Source of the DNA: Gemmatimonadota bacterium
GTDB lineage: Bacteria > Gemmatimonadota > Gemmatimonadetes > Gemmatimonadales > GWC2-71-9
Direction of reading: 5' to 3'
Assembly: GCA_031394255.1 (NCBI GenBank)
Contig: JANMXA010000095.1
Location: forward strand, 1,505-65,504
Length of the DNA: 64,000 nt
The notes beneath the pieces are model-generated. The model saw only the letters and a program-made list of their open reading frames with translations. It did no database searches and was not told the DNA's origin. Below, one piece after another: positions 38,594-48,097 of this stretch. The stretch's first letter is position 1, and each line of letters starts with the position of its first letter. The position numbers and the translations under genes were made by a program.

Positions 38594-40078
38594 ATGGCGA
38601 CCAACTACGAATTCGACCTCCTCTGCATCGGTTCCGGTCCCGCCGGCCAGCGGGCCGCCGTCCAGGCAGCCAAGCTCGGCCGCCGGGTCGGCATGATCGA
38701 GCGCCGGATGGCGCTGGGCGGATCTTGCCTGGCAACCGGCACGATCCCGAGCAAGACCTTCCGCGAGGCGGTGCTCCACTTCGCGGCCCTGCGCGACCAT
38801 CCCGAACGCCGGCGCTACGCAAAATTTGAATACCGGCCCACGGCGGAGCAGCTGCTCGACCGGGTCGGACGGGTGGTGGAGGACGAGAACACCGTCATCG
38901 AAGACCAGCTCCGCCGGAACGACGTCGCGATCCTTCGGGGAGAAGCCGCGTTCGTTGATCCCCATACCGTTGCCGTTCAGTCGCCGGACGGCCGCCGCGA
39001 AGTCACCGCCGGCAAGATCCTCCTGGCCGTCGGCACCAAGCCGGCCGACCCGCCCGGCGTCCAGGCGGACGGTCGGACCATCCTGACCAGCGACAGCATC
39101 ACCGGGCTCGACCGGCTGCCCAAGAGCATCGTGGTGGTCGGAGCCGGCGTGATCGGGATCGAGTACGCCTCGATGTTCGCCGCCGTCGGTGTGGACGTGA
39201 CCATTGTGGACCGCCGGGACCGCCCCCTCGAGTTCCTCGATCACGAGATCGTCGACGAGATGATCCACCAGATGCGACACCGCAAAGTGACCTTCCGGCC
39301 CCGCGAAGGCGTCGAACGCCTCGAGGTGATCGACGGGCCCCAGCGCCGGGTGGCCGTCCAGCTCGAATCGGGGAAACGGATCGTCGCGGAGGCCGTGCTG
39401 TTCTCGGTCGGCCGGGTCGGCGCCACCGACGACCTTCACATCGAGCGTGCCGGCCTCACCCCGGACGATCGCGGCCGTCTCAAGGTGGACGAGACCTTCC
39501 GGACCGCGGTGCCGCATATTTACGCCGCCGGCGACGTGATCGGGTATCCCAGCCTGGCCGCTACCTCGAGCGAACAGGGGCGGCTGGCCGCCTGCCACGC
39601 GTTAGGCGCGGCCGCCCACCCGATGGCGCCCCACTTCCCGATCGGGATCTACGCCATTCCCGAGATGTCGATGGTCGGCGAGCCCGAGCACGTGCTGACC
39701 GACCGCAAGGTGCCCTACGAAGTCGGCATCGCCCGCTATCGGGAAATTGCCCGGGGTCACATTCTCGGCGACGGCGATGGCCTGCTCAAGCTGCTGTTTG
39801 CGCGGGAGGACCGGCGCCTGCTGGGGGTGCACATCATCGGGACCGGTGCCACGGAGTTGCTGCACATCGGCCAGACCGTGATCGGCCTGGGCGGGGGGCT
39901 CGACTACTTCCTCCGGACCGTCTTCAACTACCCGACCCTGGCCGAGTGCTACAAGGTGGCCGCGCTCAACGCGGCCAACAAATTCGCCGCGGGCGAGGAG
40001 TGGCCGGCCCATCCGGCCGATGGCGCCGCCGCGCTGCCGTCCGCGCGCCCCACGTCCACGACCGGCGCCACCTACTGA
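38594..40078 (+). CDS. sthA: Soluble pyridine nucleotide transhydrogenase
   Basis: IGSGPAGQRAA, GGSCLATGTIPSKT (single-Cys), GAGVIGIEYA, GDVIGYPSLA, FNYPTLAECYKVAALN. Confidence 0.94.
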   Translation: MATNYEFDLLCIGSGPAGQRAAVQAAKLGRRVGMIERRMALGGSCLATGTIPSKTFREAVLHFAALRDHPERRRYAKFEYRPTAEQLLDRVGRVVEDENTVIEDQLRRNDVAILRGEAAFVDPHTVAVQSPDGRREVTAGKILLAVGTKPADPPGVQADGRTILTSDSITGLDRLPKSIVVVGAGVIGIEYASMFAAVGVDVTIVDRRDRPLEFLDHEIVDEMIHQMRHRKVTFRPREGVERLEVIDGPQRRVAVQLESGKRIVAEAVLFSVGRVGATDDLHIERAGLTPDDRGRLKVDETFRTAVPHIYAAGDVIGYPSLAATSSEQGRLAACHALGAAAHPMAPHFPIGIYAIPEMSMVGEPEHVLTDRKVPYEVGIARYREIARGHILGDGDGLLKLLFAREDRRLLGVHIIGTGATELLHIGQTVIGLGGGLDYFLRTVFNYPTLAECYKVAALNAANKFAAGEEWPAHPADGAAALPSARPTSTTGATY

Positions 40079-41196
40079 GCGGCCATCCGGCCCAGCACCT
40101 CGGCGATTCGACGGAGCGCTTCGCCGACGTAGTCGGCGCCCAGTCCGTGGGTAATCCGCAGATGATGGTCGGCGCCGAGGTATTCACCCGGGCCGACCAG
40201 CACTGAGGCTTCCTTCCGGATCCGCTCCGCCACCTCGACCGACGATTGGGGCAACCGGTATCGCACGAAGGCGATCGAGGTCGCCTCGGCCGCCGCCGCC
40301 GACACCAGATCGGCGTGCTGCGCCAGCCAATGTTCCATCAGCTTCCAGCCGTTCCGGCTCAGTTCCCGTTGCCGGGCGATCAGCCGTGACCGCATCGGTT
40401 CCGCCAGGGCCAGTTCCGCCAGTCGCATCGACGGCGCGGCGGCTGAGATCACCGCATACTCGTGCCGCCGCCACAGCGGCCCTACGAGGTCGGTCGGCGC
40501 CACCATCCAGCCCAACCTGAGCCCCGCGAGTCCATAGGCTTTCGACAGACTGTTCACCGCCACAACCTTGTCGTACTCCCCCCAGAACGACGGGGTCTCG
40601 TGGTCGGTATGCCGCTCGACCCCCCGGTAGACTTCGTCGGCCAGAATCCAGGCGCCGGCCTTTGCCGCGATGGAGACGATCTCCTGCCGCTCTTCGCGGG
40701 TCAGCACCGAACCGGTCGGGTTGTTGGGGTTCACGAGGTAGATCAGCTTGAGGCCCGCCGCCGCATCGCGAGCCAGCTGGTCGAGCCGGGGTCGCCAGCC
40801 GCGGTCCCCGTCGAGTGCCAGCGGCAACACCGTGCAGCCCAGCGCCTCGGCCACGCCGTGCACCTGGCGATAGCCGGGTTCGATGACCGCGACCCGGTCT
40901 CCCGGCTGCAGGAGCGTCTGACAGGCCAGCTGATTCGCCTCGGCGCCACCCACGGTCACCAGCACGTTGTGGCCGGTGGCGCCGTTCCGGTACAGGCCCG
41001 CGATCGAGTCGCGGAGCCGCTCGGTGCCGTTCACCATCGGGTAGCTCAGCTCGATCGCCAGGAACCGCTCCAGCTCCTCGGGGGTGAGCACATCACCCAG
41101 GCGGGCGCCGCGAACCGAACTGTCGGCCACGTTGTAGTCGACGGCGTGCTCGTAGTCGGATTGCCACCGTTCCAGCTCGAAGACCCGGAATCCCAT
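40072..41196 (-). CDS. PLP-dependent aminotransferase class I/II
   Basis: NPNNPTG, ADEVYRG, SLSKAYGLAGLRLGW. Confidence 0.94.
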   Translation of the reverse strand: MGFRVFELERWQSDYEHAVDYNVADSSVRGARLGDVLTPEELERFLAIELSYPMVNGTERLRDSIAGLYRNGATGHNVLVTVGGAEANQLACQTLLQPGDRVAVIEPGYRQVHGVAEALGCTVLPLALDGDRGWRPRLDQLARDAAAGLKLIYLVNPNNPTGSVLTREERQEIVSIAAKAGAWILADEVYRGVERHTDHETPSFWGEYDKVVAVNSLSKAYGLAGLRLGWMVAPTDLVGPLWRRHEYAVISAAAPSMRLAELALAEPMRSRLIARQRELSRNGWKLMEHWLAQHADLVSAAAAEATSIAFVRYRLPQSSVEVAERIRKEASVLVGPGEYLGADHHLRITHGLGADYVGEALRRIAEVLGRMAAQ

Positions 41197-41262
41197 AGAT
41201 TTCCCCCGTAGTTGGGTTCAACTTAGCACTGAAATCGTCGTTCTCGAGTCCGCGAGGGTCGT

Positions 41263-43257
41263 ATGCGCGCTTTGTTCATTCTGGCCGGCTTGGTGGTCGC
41301 GGCCCGGGCGGGGGCCCAGGTTCGCCGTCCGTTCACCGAAGCCGACCTCGACCGTCTGTATTCAGCGGGCGATGCCCGCCTTTCGCCTGATGGATCCCGC
41401 CTCGCGTTCGTGCGGGGCTCGGTCAGCGTCGCCGACAACAGCTCGAAGTGCGAAGTGGTGGTGCTCGCCACCGCGACCGGCGCCGAACTCATGAGCTGGC
41501 CCGGGTCCGCTCCGCGGTGGTCGCCCGATGGCCGGAGTATCGCCTACGCCGGGTCCCGGGCCGGCCAGTCGGGGATCTGGATTCACGAGCTCGGTCGCGG
41601 TGCCGATCGGTTCCTGGCCCCCACTCCCCAGTCCGATGCCTGGCTCGGCCGCGGTTCATCGAAGAATTTCGACTGGTCGCCCGATGGAAAATGGATCGCC
41701 TACGTGGCCGCGGAGCCCGCCGGTCCGCCTCCGAGCGGCGATGTGAAGGTGTTCTCGCGGGTCATGTACAAGACCCGCACCGGTTTCACCGACGATCGCC
41801 GAACTCACCTCTGGCTGGTGGCGGCCGGCGGCGGAGAGCCCAGGGCGCTCACGTCGGGCCGGTTCGACGAACACTCGGTCTCTTGGGCGCCCGACTCGAA
41901 GCGGGTCGCTTTCGTGAGCGATCGCTCCGCCGATCCCGACAACAATTTCGCCAACGACATTTTCGTTCTCGATATCCAGACTGGCGCCACCACGCAGCTC
42001 ACCAACACCAGGAGCGCCGAATTCTTGCCCGTCTGGTCCCCCGACGGACAGTGGATCGCGTTCGAAGCGTGGGTCCGGACCAACAACACCAAGGACAGCC
42101 CCGCTGAGGACACCAAGGCCTACGTGATTCCAGCCCAGGGCGGGTCGCCCCGTCGTCTGGCGCCGGCCCTCGACCGCCGGCTCACCGAAATCACCTGGCA
42201 CCCGTCCGGCAAAGCCGTCTATTTCTCCGGCGGCGATCGGGGCGCCAACGTGATCTATCGCGCCGGCCTGGCCGACAGCGCCGCCGAGGTCGTGGTCGGT
42301 GGCCTGGCTCAGTCCCGGGGCATCAGCTTCGACGCCCGGGGTGAGACCCTCGCCTTCATCCGAACCGAGACGACCCGGCCCGCCGAAGTCTTCGTGATCG
42401 ACCTCGCGACCCGTCGCGAGCGGCAAATCACCCGGCTCCACGACGAATGGCGCTCTCAAGTGGCGCTCCAGGATGCCGAGACGTTCTGGTTCACCAGTTT
42501 CGATGGAACCAGGATTCAGGGCTGGATCATGAAGCCGGCCGGACTGACGCCGGGGCGGCGCTATCCCGCCATTCTCAACATTCACGGTGGCCCTCACAGC
42601 GGTTTCGGTTTTGCCTTTTTCGACCGGCACCAGCTATGGGCGGCGGCCGGGTTTGGCGTGGTCTACCTCAACCCGCGTGGGTCGGCCGGCTACGGGCAGT
42701 CGGTTTCCGATGGCTCACTGCTCAACTGGGGTGGTGGGGACTATCAGGATCTCATGATCGGGCTCGACTCGGCCCTGGCCCGCAATCCGTGGATCGACAC
42801 CACCAGGCTCGGCGTGACCGGTGGAAGCTACGGTGGCTTCATGACCAACTGGATCATCACCCAGACCCATCGCTTCAAGACGGCGATTTCGCTGTTGAGT
42901 CTGAGCAACCTGGTCTCGTTCTATGGGACCTCGCTGTACACCGACCTGATCGAAGCCGAATTCCGGGGCCTGCCGTGGGACAACTATGGCATGCTGTGGC
43001 AGTGGTCTCCGCTGGCGCACGTCGCCGGCGTCACCACGCCCACGCTGTTCATTCACGGCGAGGCCGATAACGAGGTGCCGATCACCCAGGCCGAGGAGAT
43101 GTACGTGGCCCTGAGGAAGCAGGGCGTCGAGGCAACTCTGGCCCGCTATCCCGGCGAAGGTCACGGGTTTCACGAACCTCGTCACGTCGCGGATCTCAAT
43201 CACCGCATGCTCGAGTGGTTCAGCCGCCATCTCGGCCCGCCGGCCGCGACGCCATGA
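41263..43257 (+). CDS. S9 family (acylaminoacyl/prolyl oligo-) peptidase, secreted
   Basis: WSPDG propeller repeats, IHGGPH, NPRGSAGYG, GGSYGG, HGEAD, EGHGF. Confidence 0.95.
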   Translation: MRALFILAGLVVAARAGAQVRRPFTEADLDRLYSAGDARLSPDGSRLAFVRGSVSVADNSSKCEVVVLATATGAELMSWPGSAPRWSPDGRSIAYAGSRAGQSGIWIHELGRGADRFLAPTPQSDAWLGRGSSKNFDWSPDGKWIAYVAAEPAGPPPSGDVKVFSRVMYKTRTGFTDDRRTHLWLVAAGGGEPRALTSGRFDEHSVSWAPDSKRVAFVSDRSADPDNNFANDIFVLDIQTGATTQLTNTRSAEFLPVWSPDGQWIAFEAWVRTNNTKDSPAEDTKAYVIPAQGGSPRRLAPALDRRLTEITWHPSGKAVYFSGGDRGANVIYRAGLADSAAEVVVGGLAQSRGISFDARGETLAFIRTETTRPAEVFVIDLATRRERQITRLHDEWRSQVALQDAETFWFTSFDGTRIQGWIMKPAGLTPGRRYPAILNIHGGPHSGFGFAFFDRHQLWAAAGFGVVYLNPRGSAGYGQSVSDGSLLNWGGGDYQDLMIGLDSALARNPWIDTTRLGVTGGSYGGFMTNWIITQTHRFKTAISLLSLSNLVSFYGTSLYTDLIEAEFRGLPWDNYGMLWQWSPLAHVAGVTTPTLFIHGEADNEVPITQAEEMYVALRKQGVEATLARYPGEGHGFHEPRHVADLNHRMLEWFSRHLGPPAATP

Positions 43258-43270
43258 GGCGGGTGAACAC

Positions 43271-44086
43271 GTGATCGTCGTCCGGGAACACGGGGCGGTC
43301 CGGGAGATCGAAATGTCCACCCGGCTGAGCCGCCTGGTCGGGTTCAAGGTCAGCGCGTTCCTCCACCGGGGCGTCCTGATCGATACCGGGTTCCCCCGCG
43401 CCCGCGCCGAGTTGATGGCGGCGCTCGATCGCCACGCCGTAACCGGCGCCATCGTCACCCACTGGCACGAGGACCACGCCGGCAATCTGTCGGCGCTCGT
43501 GGCGCGCGGCCTGCCGGTGTCCGTCTCGGAACAGACGCTGGCGCTGCACCGCGCTCGACCGACGGTCCCGTATTTCCGCTGGGCCATCTGGGGACATCCC
43601 CGGCCCGATCCGAACATGCGTCCGGTGCCGGTCGAGCACCCGTTCCAGCTGATTCCGACTCCGGGCCACTCGCCCGATCACCTCGCCGTCTTCGACCCCG
43701 AGGAACGGATCGCCTTCACCGGCGACCTGTTCCTCGGCGTGCGCGCCTGCGTTGTACATGACTACGAGTCGCCCTCGGACACCATCGCGAGCCTTCGCCG
43801 GATCGTAGCACTCGAACCCAGGGTCGTCTTCGACGCCCACCGCGGCCGGATTGACGAGCCAAGACGCCTGTTCGGCGCAAAGATCGAGTGGCTGGAGGAG
43901 ACCATGGCCGCGATCCGCCGCCTCGCCGAATCCGGCCGGTCCGACCTCGAGATCGTCAAGGCCGTCTTCGGTGCCGAGGACCGGGCCGCATTCGTCAGCC
44001 GCGGCGATGTTTCGAAACAGAACTTCGTGCGGATCGTCCGCCGCGGGATGCCGGGGTTGACGGGCCATTCCGCGCTATCTTCCTGA
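43271..44086 (+). CDS. MBL-fold metallo-hydrolase
   Basis: LIDTG, THWHEDHAG, TPGHSPDH, FTGDLF, DAHRG. Confidence 0.92.
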   Translation: MIVVREHGAVREIEMSTRLSRLVGFKVSAFLHRGVLIDTGFPRARAELMAALDRHAVTGAIVTHWHEDHAGNLSALVARGLPVSVSEQTLALHRARPTVPYFRWAIWGHPRPDPNMRPVPVEHPFQLIPTPGHSPDHLAVFDPEERIAFTGDLFLGVRACVVHDYESPSDTIASLRRIVALEPRVVFDAHRGRIDEPRRLFGAKIEWLEETMAAIRRLAESGRSDLEIVKAVFGAEDRAAFVSRGDVSKQNFVRIVRRGMPGLTGHSALSS

Positions 44087-44124
44087 CAGTTCACGCCAGA
44101 CATCCCACTGCACGGGAGGCCGCC

Positions 44125-45999
44125 ATGCTCCGCATCCGTCCGCTCCTCACCGCCGCATCGCTCGGCTGCCTCCTGACGGAGCCGGCGCTGGCCCAGCGCA
44201 CCGTCAAACCGGTGCTCCACGGCCGCCACTGGGTGGCGATCACGGGAAAGCCTCTCGCGGCCACCGCCGGCGCCATGATCTTCCAGCGTGGCGGGAACGC
44301 CGTGGACGCCACCTGCGCCATGCTGGCGGCCGTCACCACCATGTGGGACGTGCTGAGCTGGGGCGGAGAAACTCAGGCGCTGATCTACCATCCCGGGCTC
44401 AAGAAGGTGATCGGCATCAACGCCCTGGGGGTGGCCCCGACCGGAGCGACCCCTGCGTTCTACCGCTCGAAGGGCTTCGCCTACCCGCCCGAATTCGGCC
44501 CGCTCGCCGCGATCACACCCGGGACGCCCGGTGGCCTCCTCACGATGCTGGCCGAGTACGGCACGATGAGCCTCAAGGACGTGCTGGCCCCGGCGATCGA
44601 AATGGCGGACGGCTATCCGATCGAAGAGCAGACCGCCAATTCCATCGAGGGCAACAAGGCCTGGATCAAGCAGTGGCCCTATTCAAAGGCGCTGTTTCTG
44701 CCCCACGCCGGCGATCCCCGGGAGGCGCCCTCCGCCGGCGAGATCTTTCGCCAGGCCGACCTCGCCGCGACGCTCCGCAAGTTGGTCGAAGCCGAGCAGC
44801 TGGCATTGAAGAAGGGCAAGACCCGGAAAGAAGCGATCTACGCCGCGTACGATCGGTTCTACAAGGGAGACATCGCCGACGAACTGGTGCGTTCTGTTCG
44901 GGAGCAGGGTGGGCTCTTCACCATGGAGGACCTGGCCAACTGGCGGGTCAAGATCGAAGAGCCGCTGTCCACCAACTACCGCGGCATCGACGTCTACAAG
45001 CTCCGCGAGTGGCAGCAGGGACCGGCGCTCCTGCAGGCGTTGAACATCCTCGAAAACGCCGACCTCAAATCGATGGGCTACAACAGCGCCCGCTACGCCC
45101 ACACGATCTATCAGGCCATGAGTCTGGCCTTCGCCGATCGCGATTTCTACTATGGCGATCCCGCCTTTCCGCCGGCGACCCCGATCAAGGGACTGCTCTC
45201 CAAGGAGTATGCCCGCCAGCGCTATGGCCAGATCACCTGGGACCGGAATGACCCCACTATCCGCCCCGGCGATCCCTATCCCTTCCAGGGCGGCACCAAT
45301 CCGTTCCTTGATGTCCTCAAGGCCTGGCCGCCGGCCCCCAAGCCCCAGCCGAGCAGCACCGACCACACCGGTGGCCCAACCCAGTTCGGGATGATGCCGT
45401 TCGATTCCGCTTTCCGCGCCGGCACGACGTCGATCCAGGCAGCCGATGAGCAGGGATGGGTTGTGTCGGTTACGCCGAGCGGCGGTTGGGTTCCGGCGGT
45501 CATTGCCGGGAAGACCGGTGTGGGCCTGAGCCAGCGGGCCCAGAGCTTCGTGCTCGATCCGGCCGAAAGCCCCTTCAACGTCCTGGTGCCCGGCAAGCGG
45601 CCGCGCGTGACCCTCACGCCGACGCTGGCCCTCAAGGACGGCCGGCCCTTCGTTTCGATGGCGGTGCAGGGTGGCGACACCCAGGATCAGAACCTGCTGC
45701 AGTTCTTCCTCAACATGGTCGAGTTCGGGATGAACGTGCAGCAGGCCACCGAGGCGCCGAACATTGTGAGCTATCAGATGCGGAGTTCGTTCGGCGCCCA
45801 TGATTCCAGACCGGGCCGGGTCACCCTGAACGACGCCATGCCGTCCTGGATTCGCGACGAACTCCGCCGGATGGGCTACACCCTGGACTTTGCCCGCAGC
45901 ACATCCGGGCCGATCAACGCCATCTTCTTCGACTGGAAGCACGGCTCGTTCTGGGGCGGCTCCAGCACCGACGGCGAGGATTACGGGATCGCCTGGTGA
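44125..45999 (+). CDS. ggt: Gamma-glutamyltransferase family protein, secreted
   Basis: GGAGG RBS; GGNAVDA, FYKGDIA, AFADRD, GTTSI (Thr nucleophile), PGKRPR, GGDTQDQ. Confidence 0.94.
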   Translation: MLRIRPLLTAASLGCLLTEPALAQRTVKPVLHGRHWVAITGKPLAATAGAMIFQRGGNAVDATCAMLAAVTTMWDVLSWGGETQALIYHPGLKKVIGINALGVAPTGATPAFYRSKGFAYPPEFGPLAAITPGTPGGLLTMLAEYGTMSLKDVLAPAIEMADGYPIEEQTANSIEGNKAWIKQWPYSKALFLPHAGDPREAPSAGEIFRQADLAATLRKLVEAEQLALKKGKTRKEAIYAAYDRFYKGDIADELVRSVREQGGLFTMEDLANWRVKIEEPLSTNYRGIDVYKLREWQQGPALLQALNILENADLKSMGYNSARYAHTIYQAMSLAFADRDFYYGDPAFPPATPIKGLLSKEYARQRYGQITWDRNDPTIRPGDPYPFQGGTNPFLDVLKAWPPAPKPQPSSTDHTGGPTQFGMMPFDSAFRAGTTSIQAADEQGWVVSVTPSGGWVPAVIAGKTGVGLSQRAQSFVLDPAESPFNVLVPGKRPRVTLTPTLALKDGRPFVSMAVQGGDTQDQNLLQFFLNMVEFGMNVQQATEAPNIVSYQMRSSFGAHDSRPGRVTLNDAMPSWIRDELRRMGYTLDFARSTSGPINAIFFDWKHGSFWGGSSTDGEDYGIAW

Positions 46000-46039
46000 G
46001 ATCTCTCGGTCCCGGTCGAGCCGCCGCCGGTCTGGTCGA

Positions 46040-48082
46040 ATGATCTTCCGAGCCATCGTCGCGATCGCTGCCCTGTCGGGCTGGGGCGTCAGGCTCGTGG
46101 CCCAACCGCAGGTTCCGGCGCCGGCGCCGTTTCGCCCCAGCCTGCTCCCGATGCCCGCCTCCGTCGAACCGCGGGGCGGCGGCGTCCGGATCAGTGACGG
46201 ATATTCCCTGACCGTGTCCGGATATCGGGAGCCCCGCCTCGATCGGGCGGCCGCCCGATTGCGGAATCACCTCACCCTCCGGCTGGGTCGGCCCATTCCC
46301 GTCACGGGCCTCCCGGTCAGAGTCACCGTAGTCGGTCCGGCGGTCGCGCTCCTGGCCGGGACCCCCGATGAGTCCTACCGTTTGACGGTAGGGTCTTCGG
46401 GAATTGACCTCCTGGCCCCGACGCCGGCCGGCGCGATCTACGGTCTCGAAACCCTGCTTCAACTCGCCGAGAGCGACGGCGCGGGACTGTCGGTTCCGTC
46501 GGTGGAGATCCGCGACCGGCCTCGCTATCTGTGGCGCGGGCTGCTGCTCGACGTGGGCCGCCACTTCGAACCCGTGGCTGCGGTCAAGCGACAGCTCGAC
46601 GGCATGGCCGCCGCCAAACTGAACGTGCTCCACTGGCACCTGTCCGAAGATCAGGGATTTCCAATCGAGAGCCGCCGGTTTCCCAAGCTCCACGAAAAGG
46701 GAGGCACCCGGGGTTTCTACAGTCAGGCGGAGGTTCGCGAGATCGTGGCCTACGCCGCGGACCGCGCCATCCGGGTGATCCCCGAGTTCGACATGCCCGG
46801 CCACTCGACCGCCTGGTTCGTCGGTTATCCAGAACTGGCCAGCGCCCCCGGCCCCTACCACCTCGAGACTCGCTTTGGCGTCTTCCGGCCGGCGTTCGAT
46901 CCCACCCGTGAATCCGTCTATCGGTTCCTCGACTCGTTTGTCGGGGAGATGGCGGCGCTCTTCCCGGATCCCTACTGGCACATCGGTGGTGACGAGGTCG
47001 AGCCCCACGACTGGCGCACCAGCCGCCGGATCCGCGCCTTCATGGCCCGACACCGGATGAAGCGGCCGGCGGAGCTCCAGGCCTGGTTCAATCATCGACT
47101 GGCCGGAATTCTTGCGAAGCACGGCCGCGTGATGATCGGCTGGGACGAGATCATGGACGGCGATCTCCCCGCCGGTACCGTGGTGCAGTCCTGGCGCGGC
47201 GAGAAGACCGTGAGTCAGGCCGTGGCCCGGGGCTTTCCCGTCATCCAGTCGTGGGGGCTCTACCTCGATCACATCAAGCCGGCCGAGGAACACTACGCCG
47301 TCGACCCGACGCCGGCGGGATACACCGGGGACCCTGGCGTGATCTGGGGCGGGGAAGCCTGCATGTGGGGCGAACAGATCAGCGGCCGGACGGTCGATTC
47401 GCGGATCTGGCCCCGCGCCCTCGCGGTGGCCGAGCGCCTCTGGTCGCGCGCCGAGGTCACCGGTGTGGACGACTACTACCGCCGGGCGGCCGTCGTGAGC
47501 CACGCCCTCGCCGAGCGAGGCCTGGAACACGAAAGTCACACCCGGTCCATGCTTGGGGCTCTCGCGCCGCTGGAAGCCCGCGACGCGCTCGCGGCGCTCC
47601 TCGACATCGCCGTGCCGGTGACCTTCCCGGAACGGGCCGAGTTGCAGCGGCCACTTACCGGTACGCCGCACGACCGCCTGGTGGACGCGGCCACCCCCGA
47701 TGCCTGGCGGACCCGGCGCACCCTGATCCGTCTGGTCGATCGGTTCCTGACCGACCCGGCCCACGAGGCCGCGCGGGATTCGCTCTCGATGATGTTCGAA
47801 GGCTGGCGGGATCTGGCGACCCGGATCGGCGCCCTTGCCGACGGGAACGCGGTGGTGGCCGACGCCCGCCCGGCGGCGGAAGCGTTAGGCTCGGCGGCGG
47901 CGGCCGGGCTGGCCTCCCTGGGGACGCTGGTTGGACGGCGCCCGCTCAGTCCGGCCCAGGCCGCCCAGGTTCGCTCCGCCGGCGATCAGATCGGCCGGCC
48001 TCAGGGACTGCTCCGCCTCGATGTCAGGCCGGGCCTTGCCGCCCTGTTCGCGGCCGCGCTCGCCCTGTCCGGTACACCCTAG
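46040..48082 (+). CDS. Beta-N-acetylhexosaminidase GH20, secreted
   Basis: DRPRYLWRGLLLDVGRHF, HWHLSEDQG, PEFDMPGH, HIGGDE, GGEACMWGE, WPRA. Confidence 0.95.
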   Translation: MIFRAIVAIAALSGWGVRLVAQPQVPAPAPFRPSLLPMPASVEPRGGGVRISDGYSLTVSGYREPRLDRAAARLRNHLTLRLGRPIPVTGLPVRVTVVGPAVALLAGTPDESYRLTVGSSGIDLLAPTPAGAIYGLETLLQLAESDGAGLSVPSVEIRDRPRYLWRGLLLDVGRHFEPVAAVKRQLDGMAAAKLNVLHWHLSEDQGFPIESRRFPKLHEKGGTRGFYSQAEVREIVAYAADRAIRVIPEFDMPGHSTAWFVGYPELASAPGPYHLETRFGVFRPAFDPTRESVYRFLDSFVGEMAALFPDPYWHIGGDEVEPHDWRTSRRIRAFMARHRMKRPAELQAWFNHRLAGILAKHGRVMIGWDEIMDGDLPAGTVVQSWRGEKTVSQAVARGFPVIQSWGLYLDHIKPAEEHYAVDPTPAGYTGDPGVIWGGEACMWGEQISGRTVDSRIWPRALAVAERLWSRAEVTGVDDYYRRAAVVSHALAERGLEHESHTRSMLGALAPLEARDALAALLDIAVPVTFPERAELQRPLTGTPHDRLVDAATPDAWRTRRTLIRLVDRFLTDPAHEAARDSLSMMFEGWRDLATRIGALADGNAVVADARPAAEALGSAAAAGLASLGTLVGRRPLSPAQAAQVRSAGDQIGRPQGLLRLDVRPGLAALFAAALALSGTP

Positions 48083-48097
48083 AAAATCCCGCCCGGA

